DNA of 64,000 bases, taken from assembly GCF_009914755.1 (NCBI RefSeq), contig NC_060930.1. The stretch is one strand, 5' to 3'. A program made the translations under genes and the position numbers. Source of the stretch: the human T2T-CHM13v2.0 reference genome, Homo sapiens. Below are positions 11,222 to 25,979 of the stretch, in pieces (position 1 is the stretch's first letter; every line of letters begins with the position of its first letter). The notes below the pieces were generated by a model that had not been told where the DNA came from, searched no databases, and saw nothing but the letters and a program-made list of their open reading frames with translations.

Positions 11222-14200
11222 GAGGGAAGAGCCAATGTGGCTGACTAGATGCAGCCAGGAAGAGCTTCTCCCACTAAGACCAGACCACCAAGTACACCGG
11301 CATACTCTAAACAGATCTTCAGAAAAAAGGCATTGAGAGTGGATAGAGGGAGGATATAGATCCTGGGCTGAAGGGGGAAAAAGCTAGAAAGGCCACACAG
11401 GGCTGCAGAGCAACAGAATTCATTCCTTGCCATGAACAGATTCTAGGGAAGGGTTAAGTCAAATAGGTGTAGAACTGTCCACTCTTGCTACAGACCTCCA
11501 GGATCCTAGCTGTGGAGACCCAACAACCCCCATGGACATTTTGAGTTTTAGAGGGAGAATTGCCTGTGAGTTGGCAGAGACAGAACTCCAGTCTGCACAG
11601 AGCCTGGAGGGTTTGGTGCGGGAATGGCTACAGTGGAGCATAGCCATTGCTTATCCCCCAAAGTTCACCATACTTCTCTAGTTGGCTTTAGCTTTCATTA
11701 GCTGCCAGACCTGGAGAGAGCAGGGCTGTCTTGCCCAGTGGACACAGTCAGTCTGATCTGAATGCCCCCTCTATCTGCCGGCCTCTCCCAGGGTCCCTGT
11801 CTGGATGCACCTGCTTACAGTACGGCCTCAGGTGCCCTGCCAAAATGCTTGCCTGTGGTCACCACCATAGCTCTTTTGCCAGCATCCCCCATCATCCCAT
11901 CAGAGTACTTTTGCAGATGGAACCCTGCTGGTGCACACTCACTAGCAACCTCCCCTCATCACCTTGTTGGTGTGTGCACACATGCATACAGAAACACCAC
12001 TGCCCCACTGGCTAACATACACACAGGGCCCCCTGCTACTCCACCAGCGTGCACACGTCTGGGTCTCATTTACCACTCTGTTGGTGTGCATTCATCCATA
12101 CTCTACCCACCCCATTGCTGCACTAGTGCACAGTTGCCTGCAGCTGCCTCGCTGGTGCACACTCATCCAGGACCCTCTGCTGAAATGCACTCTCCCACGG
12201 TGCACGTGCCGTCCTGCCAGAGCACTTTTGCTAACAGCTCCCATCAGAATGTTATTGCCAGTGGACTGGGAACACCTCTTCCCCTCCAGTGCAGTTGGTG
12301 CTTGGCCTTGAGGAACCGGAAAGCAAAGCCAGGGTCCTGGTCCTAGGCCGCATTGTTAGAACACGCAGCCCACGAATGCTGAGTTAAACACTGGCCCCCT
12401 GAAGATATCCAGAAATGAAGCCAATTGACTAAACCCAACTTATACCACAGTCAGAACCTTAAGGACAACAAAGAATTGAAAAGCAAAAAGCCCCATTCAC
12501 AAGGCCAGCAACTTCAGAGATTAAAGGAACATTAGCACACACAGATGAGAAGGAACCAATGCAAGCATTCTGGCAACTCTAAAAGCCAGAGTATCTTCTT
12601 GCCTCCAAATAACCACACTAACTTCCCAGCAGTGGTTCTTAACCAGACTGAAATGGGTGAAATGACAGACATAGAATTCAGAATCTGGATGGCAAGGAAA
12701 CTCAATGAGATCCAGGATTAGGTTGAAACCCAATGTAAGGAAACCAGTAAAATGATCAAGAGCTGAAAGATGACACAGCCATTTTAAGAAAGAAGCAAAC
12801 TTAACTTCTGGAAATAAAAAAATTCCCCAAAGGAATCTTATAATACAAATGGAAACATTAATAACAGAATAGACCAAGCTGAGGAAAGAATCTCAGAGCT
12901 CAAAGACCACTTCTTCCAATCAACACAGGCAGACAAAAAATTTTTTTAAAAATTTTAAATGAATAAAACCTCCAAGAAATATTGGATTATGTAAAGAGAC
13001 CAAACCTATGACTCATTGGCATTACTGAAAGAAATAGAGAGAGCACAAACAACATGGTAAACGTATTTGAGGATATAGTCCACAAAAATTTCCCCAACCT
13101 TGATAGAGAAATTGACCTGCAAATTCAGAGAACACCTGTAAGATCCTATACAAAATGACTGTTGCCAAAACACATAATCATCAGATTCTCCAAGGTCAAC
13201 ACAAAAGAAAAAAAAATGCAGCTACAGAGAGGGGCAGGTCACGTACAGAGGGAACCCCTTCAGGCTATCAGCAGAAACCTTACAAGCCAGAAGAGACTGG
13301 GGGCCTATAACCAGCATACTTAAAGAAAATAAATTCCAACCAAGAATCTCACTTTCACCCAAACTAGATTTCATGAGTGAAGGAGAAATAAAATCCTTTT
13401 TCAGACAAGCAAATGCTAAGATAATTCATTACCACTAGACCTGCCTTATAAAAGGTCCTTCAGGGAGTGCTCAACATGGAAATGAAAGACTGATGCCTGT
13501 CACCACAAAGACACACTTAAGAACATAGCCCACTGACGGTATAAAGCAACTACACAATCAAGTCTACATAACAGCCAGCTAAAAACATGATGATAGGGTC
13601 AAATCCTCACATATCAATACTTACCTTGAACATAAATGGGCTAAACACCCCACTTAAAAGGCAGAGTGCCAAGTTGGATAAAGAAGCAAGACCCAACTGT
13701 ACATTGTCTTTAAGAGACCTGTCTCACATGCAATGACAACATAGGCTCAAAGTAAAGGAATGGAGAAATACCTATCATGCAAACAGTAGACAAAAAAGAG
13801 CAGGGTTGCTATTCTTATCTCAGACGAAACAGACTTTAAACCAGTGATGATCAAAAAGGACAAAGAAAGCCATTATATAATGATAAAGGGTCTATTCAAC
13901 AAGAAGACTTAACTATCCTAAATATATATGCATCCAATCACACCAAGATTCATAAAATAAATTCTTAGAGACCTATGAAGATACTTACATAACCATGCAA
14001 TAATACTGAGAGGGTTCCACATACCACTGAAAGCGTTAGACAGATCATGAAGGGAGAAAACTAACAAAGATATTTGGGACTTGACACTTGACCAAATGGA
14101 CCTAACAGACATCTACAGAATTCTCCCACCCCAACACAACAGAATATACATTTTTCTCATCTGCATATGCCACATGCTCTAAAATCAACCGCATCCTCAG

Positions 14201-16735
14201 CCATAAAGCAATTCTCAACAACAACAACAACAAAAAATACCAATCACATTCTCAGACCATAGCACAATAAAAATGAAAATCAATACCAAGAAGTTCTCTC
14301 AAAATTAAACAACTTGCTCCTGAATGACTTTGGGGTAAATAATAAAATTAAGATGGAAATTAAAAAATTCTTCAAAACTAGTGAAAACAAAAATACAACC
14401 TGCCAGAATCTCTGGGACACAGCTAAACTAGCGTTCAGAGGAAAGTTTATAGCACTAAATCCTCACATCAAGAAGTTAGAAAGTTCTCAAATTACCAACT
14501 TAACATCACACCTAGAGGAACTAGATAAATAAGAGCAAATCAACCTCAAAGCTATCAGAAGAAAAGTAATAACCAAAATTAGAGCTGAACTGAAATAAAT
14601 TGAGATGCAAAAATCCACACAAAAGACCAATGAAATCAAAAATTGGTTCTTCAAAAGAATAAACAAGACTGATAGACTGCTAGCTAGACTAATAACGAAA
14701 AAAGAGAGATGATCCAAATAAACACAATCAGAAATGACAAAGTGGAAACTACAACCAACCCCATCAAAATACATAAAACCATCACAGACTTTTACAAACA
14801 CTTCCATGCACACAACCTAGAAAATCTAGAATAAATAGATAAATTCTTGGAAATATACAACCTCCCAAGATTGAATCAGGGAGACATTGAAATCCCAAAA
14901 AGACCAATAACAAGTTCCAAAATTGAATCAGTAATAAAAAACCTCCAAAAAAAAAAAAAAAAAAAAAGCACTGGACCAGATAGATTCACAGCTGAATTCT
15001 ACTAGACATACAAAGAAGAGCTGGTACCAATCCTACTGAAATTATTCCAAAAAACTCAGGAGGAGGGACTCCTCCCTAACTCATTCTATGAGGCCAGTGT
15101 CACCTTGATATCAAAACCCGGCAGAGACACATTGAAGAACAAAACTTCAGACCAATCCCCATGATGAGCATAGACACAAAAATCCTCAACAAAATACTAG
15201 CAAACCAAATCCAGCAGCACATAAAAAACAAATCCATCACAATCAAGTAAGGCTTTGTTCCTGGATGCAAGGTTGGTTCAACATATGCAAATCAATAAAT
15301 GCAATTCACCGCATAAACAGAATTAAAAATAAAACCACATGATCATCTCAATAGAAACAGAGAAGGCTTTCAATAAAATTCAACATCCTTTCATGTTAAA
15401 AACCCTCAACAGACTAGGCACTGAAGGAAGTTACCTCAAAATAGTAAGAGTCATCTATGACAAATTCACAGCCAACATCATACTGAACAGACAAAAGCTG
15501 GAAGCATTCCCCCTGAAAACCGGAACAAAAGGATGCCCTTTCTCACCACTCCTATTTAACACAGTACTAGCCAGAACAATCAGGCAAGAAAAAGAAATAA
15601 AAGGCATCCAAATAGGAATAAAGGAAGTAACACTATCTCTTGTCACAGATGATATAATTCTACACCTAACAAGCCCCACAGTCTTTGTCCAAAGGCTCCT
15701 AGAACTGATAAACAACTTCAGTAAGGTTTCAAGATAGAAAATTGACATACAAAAATCAGTAGCATATCTATAACACCAACAACGTCCAAGCTGAGAGCCA
15801 AATCAAGAATGCAGTCCCATTCACAATAACCACAAAAAGAATCAGATACCTAGGAATACAGCTAACCAGGGAGGTGAAAGATCAATGCAACAAGAATTAC
15901 AAAACACCACTGAAAGAAATCAGAGATGACACAAGCAAATGGAAAAACATTCCATGCTCACGGATTGGAAGAATCAATATTGTTAAAATGGCCATACTGC
16001 CCCAAACAATTAACTGATTTGATGCTATTCTTATCAAAATGCCTATGTCATTTTTCAAAAAATTAAAAAAAAATTCTCAAATTTATATGGAACCATAAAG
16101 AAGCCCAAATAGCCAAAGCAAGCCATGTGTATAAGATTGAAACTGGACCCCTACCTTTCACTACTTACAAAAATCAACTCAAAATGGAATAAAGACTTAA
16201 ACATGAGACTAAAAGTATTAAAACCCTAGTAGAAAACCTAGGAAATACCATTCTGGAGATAGGCCTTGGCAAAAATTTCATGACAGTCTCCACAGAAATT
16301 GCAATAAAAATAAAAATAGACACGTGGGACCTAATTAAACTACAGAGTTTCTGCACAGCAAAAGAAACTACCAACAGGGTAAACAGACAACCTACAGAAT
16401 GGAAGAAAATATTCATAAACTGTGCATCCAACAAAGTTCTAATATCCAGAATCTGTAGGGAACAGAAAACCTAATACCATGTATTTTCACTTATAAATGG
16501 GAGCTAAACATTGAGTATACATGGACTGAAAGGTGGGGACAATACACACCAAGGCCTATTTGAGTGGGAAGAGTGGGAAGAGAGTGAAGGTCAAAAAACT
16601 GCCTATCAAGTACTGTGCTCGCTACCTGGATAATGAAATCATTTGTACACCAATCCTAGTGACACATAATTTACCCATGTAAAAAACCTGCACATGTACC
16701 CTCTGAACCTAAAGTAAACATTGAAAGACAAAAAT
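11222..16735 (+). mobile_element. Near full-length old primate L1 (L1PA15/16-like), ORFs disrupted, two ORF2 deletions
   Basis: 5'UTR GGCTGACTAGATGCAGCCAGG; ORF1 start ~12545; ORF2 fragments ([39 protein letters not shown]); 3'UTR AATTTACCCATGTAA..CCTGCACATGTACC. Confidence 0.93.
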
Positions 16736-17160
16736 ATCCTAAATTAAGTATAGTAGAATAAAAATTTAGTGAACAATTGGCCTTTGTCTAATATATGCCT
16801 GTCTTCTTTGCTCTTAGAAAGTTCTAATAATACATTAAGTATTTGTGGTGCCCTTATTAAATCTTAAATTACCTAGTGAACATATACATACATATCTAAC
16901 CATGTAAACCTTGGGGAAGGTTAACCAAGCCTTTCCTTTGGATATCAAGTCTATGGTTTATTTTATTCCACTCAAAAATGAGATTGAGCAAGGGATAATT
17001 ACTTATGTAGAAGATTTCAGCAATTTTTTTTTCAAAAGAAAATACAATTTGGAAATAGCAAATGACTGCTATAACCAACTGAGCAATTACATCCCTTTTT
17101 AATAGTGCATAAAAACATGCACTCATTAACCCTTGTTATGGTAGTATGTGAATAAATTGA

Positions 17161-17499
<339 letters not shown>

Positions 17500-17714
17500 T
17501 GATTTATCTTTTAAGATTACAGACTGGCCATTATCAGCTCAATGGCTTTTTAAAAATGCATAATTACATATGCTAATTATATGTAAGGACAGAGTTCAAA
17601 TGTTATTATTCTTACATTTGCTTTCTTGCCTGCTAAATGAAAGGAAACAATTCTCATTTTCAAATAAAAAGTCTTTAAATGGCACGTTTCATTCTTTAGA
17701 GTAAATTCACAAAA

Positions 17715-18150
17715 TTAGGCTCTTCTCATATCGCTATAAAGAAATGTCTGAGGCTGGGTAATTTATAAAGAAAAGAAGTTTAATTGGCTCATGGTTCTGC
17801 AGGCTGTACAGGAAGCATGATGCTGGCATCTGCTCAGCTTCTGGGGAGGCCTCAGGAAGCTTACAATCATGGCAGAAGATGAAGGGGGAGGAGGCAGTTC
17901 ACATGGCCAGAGCAGGAGCAAGAGAGAGAGCAGGGGAGATGAGCAGGGGAGATGCCACACTTTTTAAACAACTAGATCTTATGAGAAATTCACTCACTAT
18001 AACCAGGACAGCACCAAGAGGACAGTGCTAAACCGTTCATGAGAAATCCAGTCCTGTGATCCAGTGACCTCCCACCAGATCCCACCTCCAACATTGGGGA
18101 TTACAACTCAACATTAGATTTGGGCAGGGACACACATCCAAACTATATCG
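17715..18150 (-). mobile_element. MSTA-like MaLR solo LTR
   Basis: GGCTCATGGTTCTGCAGGCTGTACAGGAAGCATG; ends CACATCCAAACTATATC. Confidence 0.85.
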
Positions 18151-18240
18151 TTTACCATAATACAAAAACAAAGACAAAAATGGCCTGAAGTGTGCATTAT
18201 GAAATCAGTTGTGTTATTGAATTTTACATTCTAAAAGAGC

Positions 18241-18356
18241 TCTACTCACTACCTGGGTGATAGGATCATTTGTACACCAATCCTCGGCAACACGCAATTT
18301 ACCCATGTACAAAACTGCACATGTACCCCTGAATCTAAAACAAAAATTAAAAAAAA
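18241..18356 (+). mobile_element. L1PA15/16-like 3' end fragment with A tail
   Basis: CACTACCTGGGTGATAGGATCATTTGTACACC...CTGCACATGTACCCCTGAATCTAAAA. Confidence 0.85.
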
Positions 18357-20472
18357 GAAATTATGTTAAAAAAATAAAATAACACTTCAATTTAAATAAC
18401 TCTTCTAAATATCTGTCCTTTGTTCTTCAGAAATCAGATTAACATTGAAATAGTGAGACTCTGCTATGCTAGGAAAATGTATTTGTATTAGTCCATATCA
18501 CATATATATCAGTTGAGAGACTTATATTTCTCAATTAAAAATTAAAACAAAATATGATATTTTCCTCTTCTAATAGCACAAAAATCCTGAATCCTTCAGA
18601 AAAAGGAAAAAAAAAAAAAAGAACTCTGCTATGGGGCACATAGTTGACCCTGTTTTTTCCTAAAGTCGTAATAGATATGTTTAAGAAAAATGAAGTTATT
18701 ATTTTCTCAGGAAAAAAGCACATCTGTATAAATTTTTTTAAGTTCGAGTTTTTACTTTAAATGGTTATTGTTGTAACAACACATAAAAATTATTGCCATT
18801 ATTGTAAGATTTCAGAGACCTAAACATACAAGGCTAATCGTGCTCCTGTACATAAATGAGTCATGTATAAGAATAAACTATTAAAACTCCCAAATCCAAA
18901 AAAAGGAATCATTTTGTAGCATATATAAATTAAAATTTTGCTACAGCAAAAACAAATTCAAATCTATCTGAAGAAAAAAGCAATCAGATAATCTATACAT
19001 ATAATTGACATGTAATAAAACTGGGCATTGATTAAATTCAGTAATATTTCAAATGCTAGTATTTTCTTTAAACTGAAAGGAAATGTATCATTCAATAGAA
19101 ATCTTAGTTATACTAGAATACAACTATCAAAATGTCCTACTAAGATTTTTATCTAATTTTAAGTAGCCTAGCCAATGAAAACACTCAGTGGTTCTAAATT
19201 GTTTGTATTTGTGCTACCTTTGAATCTGACCACAACAATTCTAGTAGTCAACACTAATATTGAATTAATTCTGGCATTACACACTCTAAACAGGGTCATA
19301 CAGGACAGCAGAGTATGCATTCACTTTCACAGTATAAGAATGTCTTAGTACATTTAAATATATTGTCATATTATTCTTTGCCCATTATTATTGTATGGGT
19401 ATTTGTTTAAAAGTAGTTATTGTCCTCATAGGGTCTCCAGTATATACCATCAGGGGACATTTTGGAATAATCTAATAAATATGTTACTTTGCTTGTTACC
19501 AGTTTGACATCATAATAAGCCCCTTGCTTCTGACTCACAATGAAGTGTACGTACATTTCCCTCAACACAATATTACATGAATTGATCCTACTTTCCTGAA
19601 TCACCATTTATGAATAAATATATCCAGGAGGAAAAATTTTTCCTCTGTCCTCTCAGGTTGAGTGTCCTGTTAAATTGAAAAAAAGGCCAATTAATAAGAG
19701 AAAAAGTTTATTCATATGTAAAATAAAATTAACAAAAGAAGTAGCCAGCTCTTTAAATGGGTAAAATTACAGACTTACATTCCCAATAAAGTTTCCATGT
19801 CTATTTCTTATCTTAAGTGCCTCCTATTAGGGGAATGAATAAAATAGTCAATTATATAGAAAGGATGGAATAATATAATTTCCAAATATAATTTGGAAAT
19901 TTAAATATAATTAAATTTCCAAATATAATTTCCAAAGGATGGAATTAATAACTTGCTTAACGTATATCATGAATAAATTTCAAAATCAATGTTCAAAGTA
20001 AAGCAAAACAAGTTTATTTATATAATTTTTTAAAAATACCCAAATGGTATCTATTTCATTCATGGATACATGCATATGTAGACAGTAGAAAACATGGATA
20101 GTAATAATATACATGAACTTCAGAAGTGTGGTTAACACCTAGGGGAAAAGATTTAGCTATTGTTGCAAATCTTTTTTAAGACAGAAGGAGAGAGGGAGAG
20201 AGAAAGAGGGAAGGAAGGAGGGAGGGAAGGAGGAAATTGTTAATATATATTTAATTTCAGTGATGTATACATAAGTGTGATATTTTCTCTACATTTTATT
20301 GTTTAAACATTTTTAAAGTTTTAATTTTAACTTAAAGCTCATATAATTTTAATCCCTCTGAAATTTTTGGAGAAAAATATCTTTTTTGGCTCAATTTATC
20401 CATTTATACTGGAAATCAAGCCAACAACCTAGAAACTCGAATCTCTCTCTCATCTAGAAAGAAATCACAATG

Positions 20473-20813
<341 letters not shown>

Positions 20814-23737
20814 TCAAGAGAGCTGGGCAGTTATAAAAACTGCTTTCTTCCTTTAGTATTTTCATGTACCAAAATGGGAAGAAGTAAAATGGTACAAGTA
20901 CCAAACTGCCTCTAGCTACAGAGGGGAAAAAAATGAAATTGGCCTCTTAAGGGGTTGAAGGGCTTGGAGAATTCACATGTTAGGTCGTACTTCTTTGATT
21001 TCCACACTCCTCTGTAGGAATGAATATTAGGAACAATCATAAGTATGTCAAGGTCATGTTTACCTAATTCCAATGAAGCCAGTCATAAATCTCAAATTGT
21101 TAACCATCTGCAGGGAATGAGTGGATCTTTTTTTTTAGAAGCCAAGTAGTTAAAATGGAAAAATGTGTTTAGTGTGAAAAGAAACTGGAGTGTTTCTATA
21201 TTAGATAAGGGAACAGTCCATGACCACATAATGTCAATGATGTGATCGGAAATTATGTGGTCTTTTAAATTGCTTTATTTCCCTCAGCAGAATATTAATT
21301 TCAGGTGAGTAATTTAAATTGCATTAACAGCAGCCTCCTTAAGATGACACTTCATTTAGTTTTGAAAGTTGCTGCTGTTTAAGATATCCCCCAGCCTGCC
21401 ATTTCACACTGGTGCTAACTTGTGCCAGATTGTATATTGTTTCTTTCAAAATACCATGGGGGTGTCAAATGCTTTATTGCAAACCTGCTGCTTTATGGGA
21501 ATATGCAATGTAAATAAACCAGAGAGACACTTCTGTAAATTGCCCTATTTTAGATGGAAAATGTTTCAATTAGATGTATGAAATCAACTGACAGTTTTAT
21601 GAACCAAACCATTTTGAAAATATCCTTCACATGCACTAGGTATCGTCATATTTTCAGAGACCATATGTTGTAAAGTAGATCCACAAGATCTTCAAGGACA
21701 GGCAAACTTATACTCAGCATGAATTTCTATCCCAATGCCTTTGTCTCCTTCACTAACAAAAGTCCAGGTAAGACAACTTTCAAAATCACTAATTTGGTAG
21801 AAAGGGAAGTATCAAAATAATTTTTAAAACTTATCATGGTTATTTTCCTTCGGAAAACAAGATACATGCACATTCCTGCACTCTTTCCTGGACCATCAAT
21901 CCAGTAACACAAATAGAGACAGACTGTCAGAACCTGGGACAAGGGCTACAGGGTTAAAGACATGTTTTTGTAAGCAATCTTTGTTAGGAGACTTAAAAAC
22001 CAACTCATAACATGGATAATCATTTGCAGGAGAATAAGAGTTTCGTGGGTGACTGAATGAGATTATTAAATGGCTCAAGAAACTTCACAGTAGTAGCAAA
22101 TAAATATATAATTTGAATTTACCTTTGATCTACCAAGCCCTTCTTAAAGGGAAGGATACATTCATAATTAGATTTGACAGAGTCGTTGGTTCAATCCCCT
22201 TCTCTTTATCAAATAACCCTGTTTTTTCTTTTTCTGTTCCTTTTTCCTATTATTGTAAATGGTTTACAAGCACCTTCAGAGATATATAATTTTTTTTACT
22301 TTTACAATACAAGGTCTTTGCTTTCCCAACCATAATTCCTTCTGACACACTTTCCTTTTCTCCTATAAACTCTATATTCTAATCTGTGACACCTCTCTCC
22401 TGTGACTCACATGCTCTCTGAATTTTGCTTCCTGGCAGCTGCTTTTCTGTGCTGCCATTGCTTATTCTTTCGAGCTATTCCCGTGGTGTTCAACTCAGCT
22501 GCCATGATACTGCTGTCCCTGGCTGTTATCTGCCTCCTGAATCCAGCTCACATACTCCAGAGCCATCTTTCCAGCAAGGGAGTTTCAGGCCATTGACTCC
22601 ACTCCAGCAAATCACTGATTTGACTGAGTATATCTTTCTAATTCTCATTTAATGTAGGATGGAACAGATTATTTCTACAGAAACCCTAAGTTTTAAAAAG
22701 AAAAAATGCACAACATTCCCAGAAGACCAGCAGCAGGAGCGACATTCCACAACCTTGAATTTAAGGTGCTTCCTGTTTACTTCTCTGTGAATTATCATTG
22801 CCACCTCTGTGAAATCACCTAGCCACATGAGGTAGCAAAGCTGCCTGCCACCCAACGGGCTGCAGGGGTAAGTGTGCATTGCTATAATCCTCAAAGAGGG
22901 AAATTTGAAAACCCTTGAGAAAATAATGACAAAGAAGGATCTAAATTGCACAGCAGGAGCCCAATAACCTAGCAAAGAACATACAGTGATGTGGGATGTT
23001 GAGAATAGATATTTCTTGAATTATAGGTAATCTAAAGTTAGTCTCTGTTAAAAACATAAGAAAAAGTAACCTAGAAAGAAGAAAACACATTACCTTTCTT
23101 ATATTAATCACAAATACAATAATACGTTTTAACCTTCAACAAAAACTGGCAGAATGTTCCAGAAAACTGGTCTGTTTCTTTCATATTAATGAAATGATGC
23201 AAGGAGTAGAAGCAAAGTATAAACAAGGAAGGAAATCAAGAAAGTCTTAGCTATGGTGATTTTACTATATTTCCTTCCATATGTAAGTTGCTTTTAGGAT
23301 GCTTCTTTTTTAAAAGATTATAGAGATGGGGTAACTCTAAATGAGAAAGCCTTTAGCCCTAACTCCTGATAAATATAATCTGGGTCATTTGTCATTGTTC
23401 CCTCGACACACTGTGTAGCAAAAAGCAGCAGGACTCTGAAGACTGATGCTGCACTCACATGGGCTGAGCAGAAATAACACTGTTTAGTCCCAGGAACTAA
23501 AGGAAATTTGTAGGCTTATTTAATTTTAGCCCATCTTCAAATGGCACTATAAAGTTATAGGAAAGCAGATATTGTCATGGTAGCATGAAAAATATAGAAA
23601 CCAAGGCTCCAGAAGAACAGGTGAATGGAGCCATTTGCAGGTCAAGGGATTAGGAACTCAGCTATGGATCAGCCAGAACAGTAGGAGCTGCTACTTTAAG
23701 ATGTGCCCTAAGCTGGAAGGGCAAACAGCTAGGAAAG

Positions 23738-23806
23738 CCTGTCTGCCTGCCTGCCTGCCTGCCTCCCTCCCTCCCTCCCTCCCTCCCTCCCTTCCTTCCT
23801 TCCTTC
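23738..23806. repeat. Compound (GCCT)n-(CCCT)n-(CCTT)n microsatellite at Alu tail position
   Basis: Directly visible tetranucleotide runs. Confidence 0.9.
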
Positions 23807-24092
<286 letters not shown>

Positions 24093-24397
24093 TAAACAGG
24101 AATCTCCCTCTCCATTCTTTAACATAAAATTCACATGCCTCTAGATTGAGATGATATCTAAAGTGTTCTGTGCCTACCTCTCTGACTATGGTCAGCCTAT
24201 ATCACAGTCTTTCAGAAAATTCCTTCCCCAGAGGAACACAGCTTGTTTTCCCAGGGTACCTTTTTATTTCTTATTACAAAACTCCTTTAGTTTAGATACA
24301 AAAATTTATTTGCTCCTTAGGGATCCTGTTTGACATATCAGAGTATGTTTTCAATATTTTTATTGTGGTAAAATATATGTAATATAAAATCATTTTA

Positions 24398-24677
24398 GGC
24401 TGGACACGGTGGCTCACGCCTGTAATCCCAGCACTTTGGGAGGCTGAGGCGGGCAGATCACTTGAGGTCAGGAGTTCAAGACCAGCCTGGCCAATATGGC
24501 AAAACCCTGTCTCTACTAAAAATACAAAAATTAGTTGGGCGTGGCGGCGGGTGCCTGTAATCCCAGCTACTCAGAAGGCTGAGGCAGGAGAATCACTTGA
24601 ACCCATGGAGAAGAGGTTTCCATGAGCAGAGATCCTACCAGCCTGGATTACACAGGGAGACTCTGTCTCAAAAAAAT
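24398..24677 (+). mobile_element. AluSx-like
   Basis: Full Alu dimer with a small right-arm deletion. Confidence 0.93.
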
Positions 24678-24824
24678 TATTTTTAAATCATATTAACCAT
24701 TTTTAGATAAACAGTTGAGTGGTATTAAGTACATTCACATAGTTGTGCAACTATCACCATTATGCATCTCCACAAATTTTTCATCTTCCCCCAAAGGAAC
24801 TCTGCACTTATTACACAAAAATTC

Positions 24825-25349
24825 ACTTTCTGCCCTTCCCTTTCTGCCTAAAAGCAAGGCATAAATTTCCCTTTGTAAAGGTGAGATAAGTTCCTATTTG
24901 TAAAGGTGTTCCCGTGTCCTGTACCAGGAAGACCAGAAACAGCACTGAGATGAGACTGCATAACAAACCTTACTAAACATTCTGTATCTACCATACATTT
25001 CCTAGTACCTTCCAACAATTTACCATTGTTAGAAACCCAATGTTCTTTTCACTTTCTAGTTACTTCTCCACAACCTATCGCCCTTTGTTAAAATGGTACA
25101 TAAACCCTTGAGTCTAACCACTCCTTTTTTTTTTTTTTTTTTTTTGAGACGGAGTCTCACTCTGTCACCCAGGCTAGAGTTTAACCACTTCTTTGGGTTT
25201 TCACTTCTTTTCTGTGAAGTACCTGTACATGTAAAAATATTAAAATTTGCATGCCTTTTCTACTGTTAATCTGTCTTTTCTCAATTTGATGAGTGTGCCC
25301 CAGATAGAGAACCTAACAGGATAGAGGGAAAGTTTTTCTTCTCCTAAAC
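24825..25349 (+). mobile_element. ERV1 MER4-group LTR fragment
   Basis: ATTAAAATTTGCATGCCTTTTCTACTGTTAATCTGTC...AGGGAAAGTTTTTCTTCTCC LTR 3' end. Confidence 0.65.
25125..25180 (-). mobile_element. Extremely 5'-truncated Alu (~35 nt plus tail)
   Basis: T-run then GAGACGGAGTCTCACTCTGTCACCCAGGCTAGAGT; TSD-like GAGT(C/T)TAACCACT(C/T)CTT on both sides. Confidence 0.85.
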
Positions 25350-25979
25350 TACTTTATTTCTCTATAAATTTGACTATTTTAGGCACCTCACAGAAGTAGA
25401 ATCATACAGTATTTGTCTTCTGTGCCTGTCTCATTTACTTAGTATAATGTTCTCAAGTTTCATCCATGCCACAGCAGGCATCAAAATTCCATTCCTCTTT
25501 AAAGCTGAATAATATTCCATTTTATGTATAGACAACATTTGGTTTATCCATTCATCCTTCAATGGACATTTGGTTTGTTTATACCTTCTGGCTATTGTGC
25601 ATAATGTTACTATAAATAGTATGCACAAATATTTGTTCAAGTCCCTGCTTTCAGTTCTTTTGTGTATATATCCAGAAGTGGAATTAGTAGATCATATGGT
25701 AATCTATGCTTAATTTGTTGAGGAACCACCATACTGTTTTCCATAGCAGCTGTACCATTTTACATTCCACCAGCAATTTCTCCACATCCTCACTGATATT
25801 TCTTATATTTCATTTTTTAATAATAGCCATCCTTCATCTATGGGTATGAAGTGGCATCTCACTGTGGTTTCAATTTGCACTTACCTAATGATTAGTGATG
25901 ATGAATAACTGATATGTCAGATTTACAGCTATTTTATTTCTTTCCTTGAAACTGCATTTATTTATTTTTCTCTCTTTAG

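Larger units (their letters stand above)
24355..25910 (-). mobile_element. L1MB 3' region, interrupted by an Alu and an LTR
   Basis: TTAAGTACATTCACATAGTTGTGCAAC; ORF2 C-terminal remnant (minus-strand KMEYYSALKRN..WMKLENIILSK). Confidence 0.8.

Noticed and set aside
11731-12346. 194-aa and overlapping ORFs
   Set aside because: Lie within a C-rich L1 5'UTR
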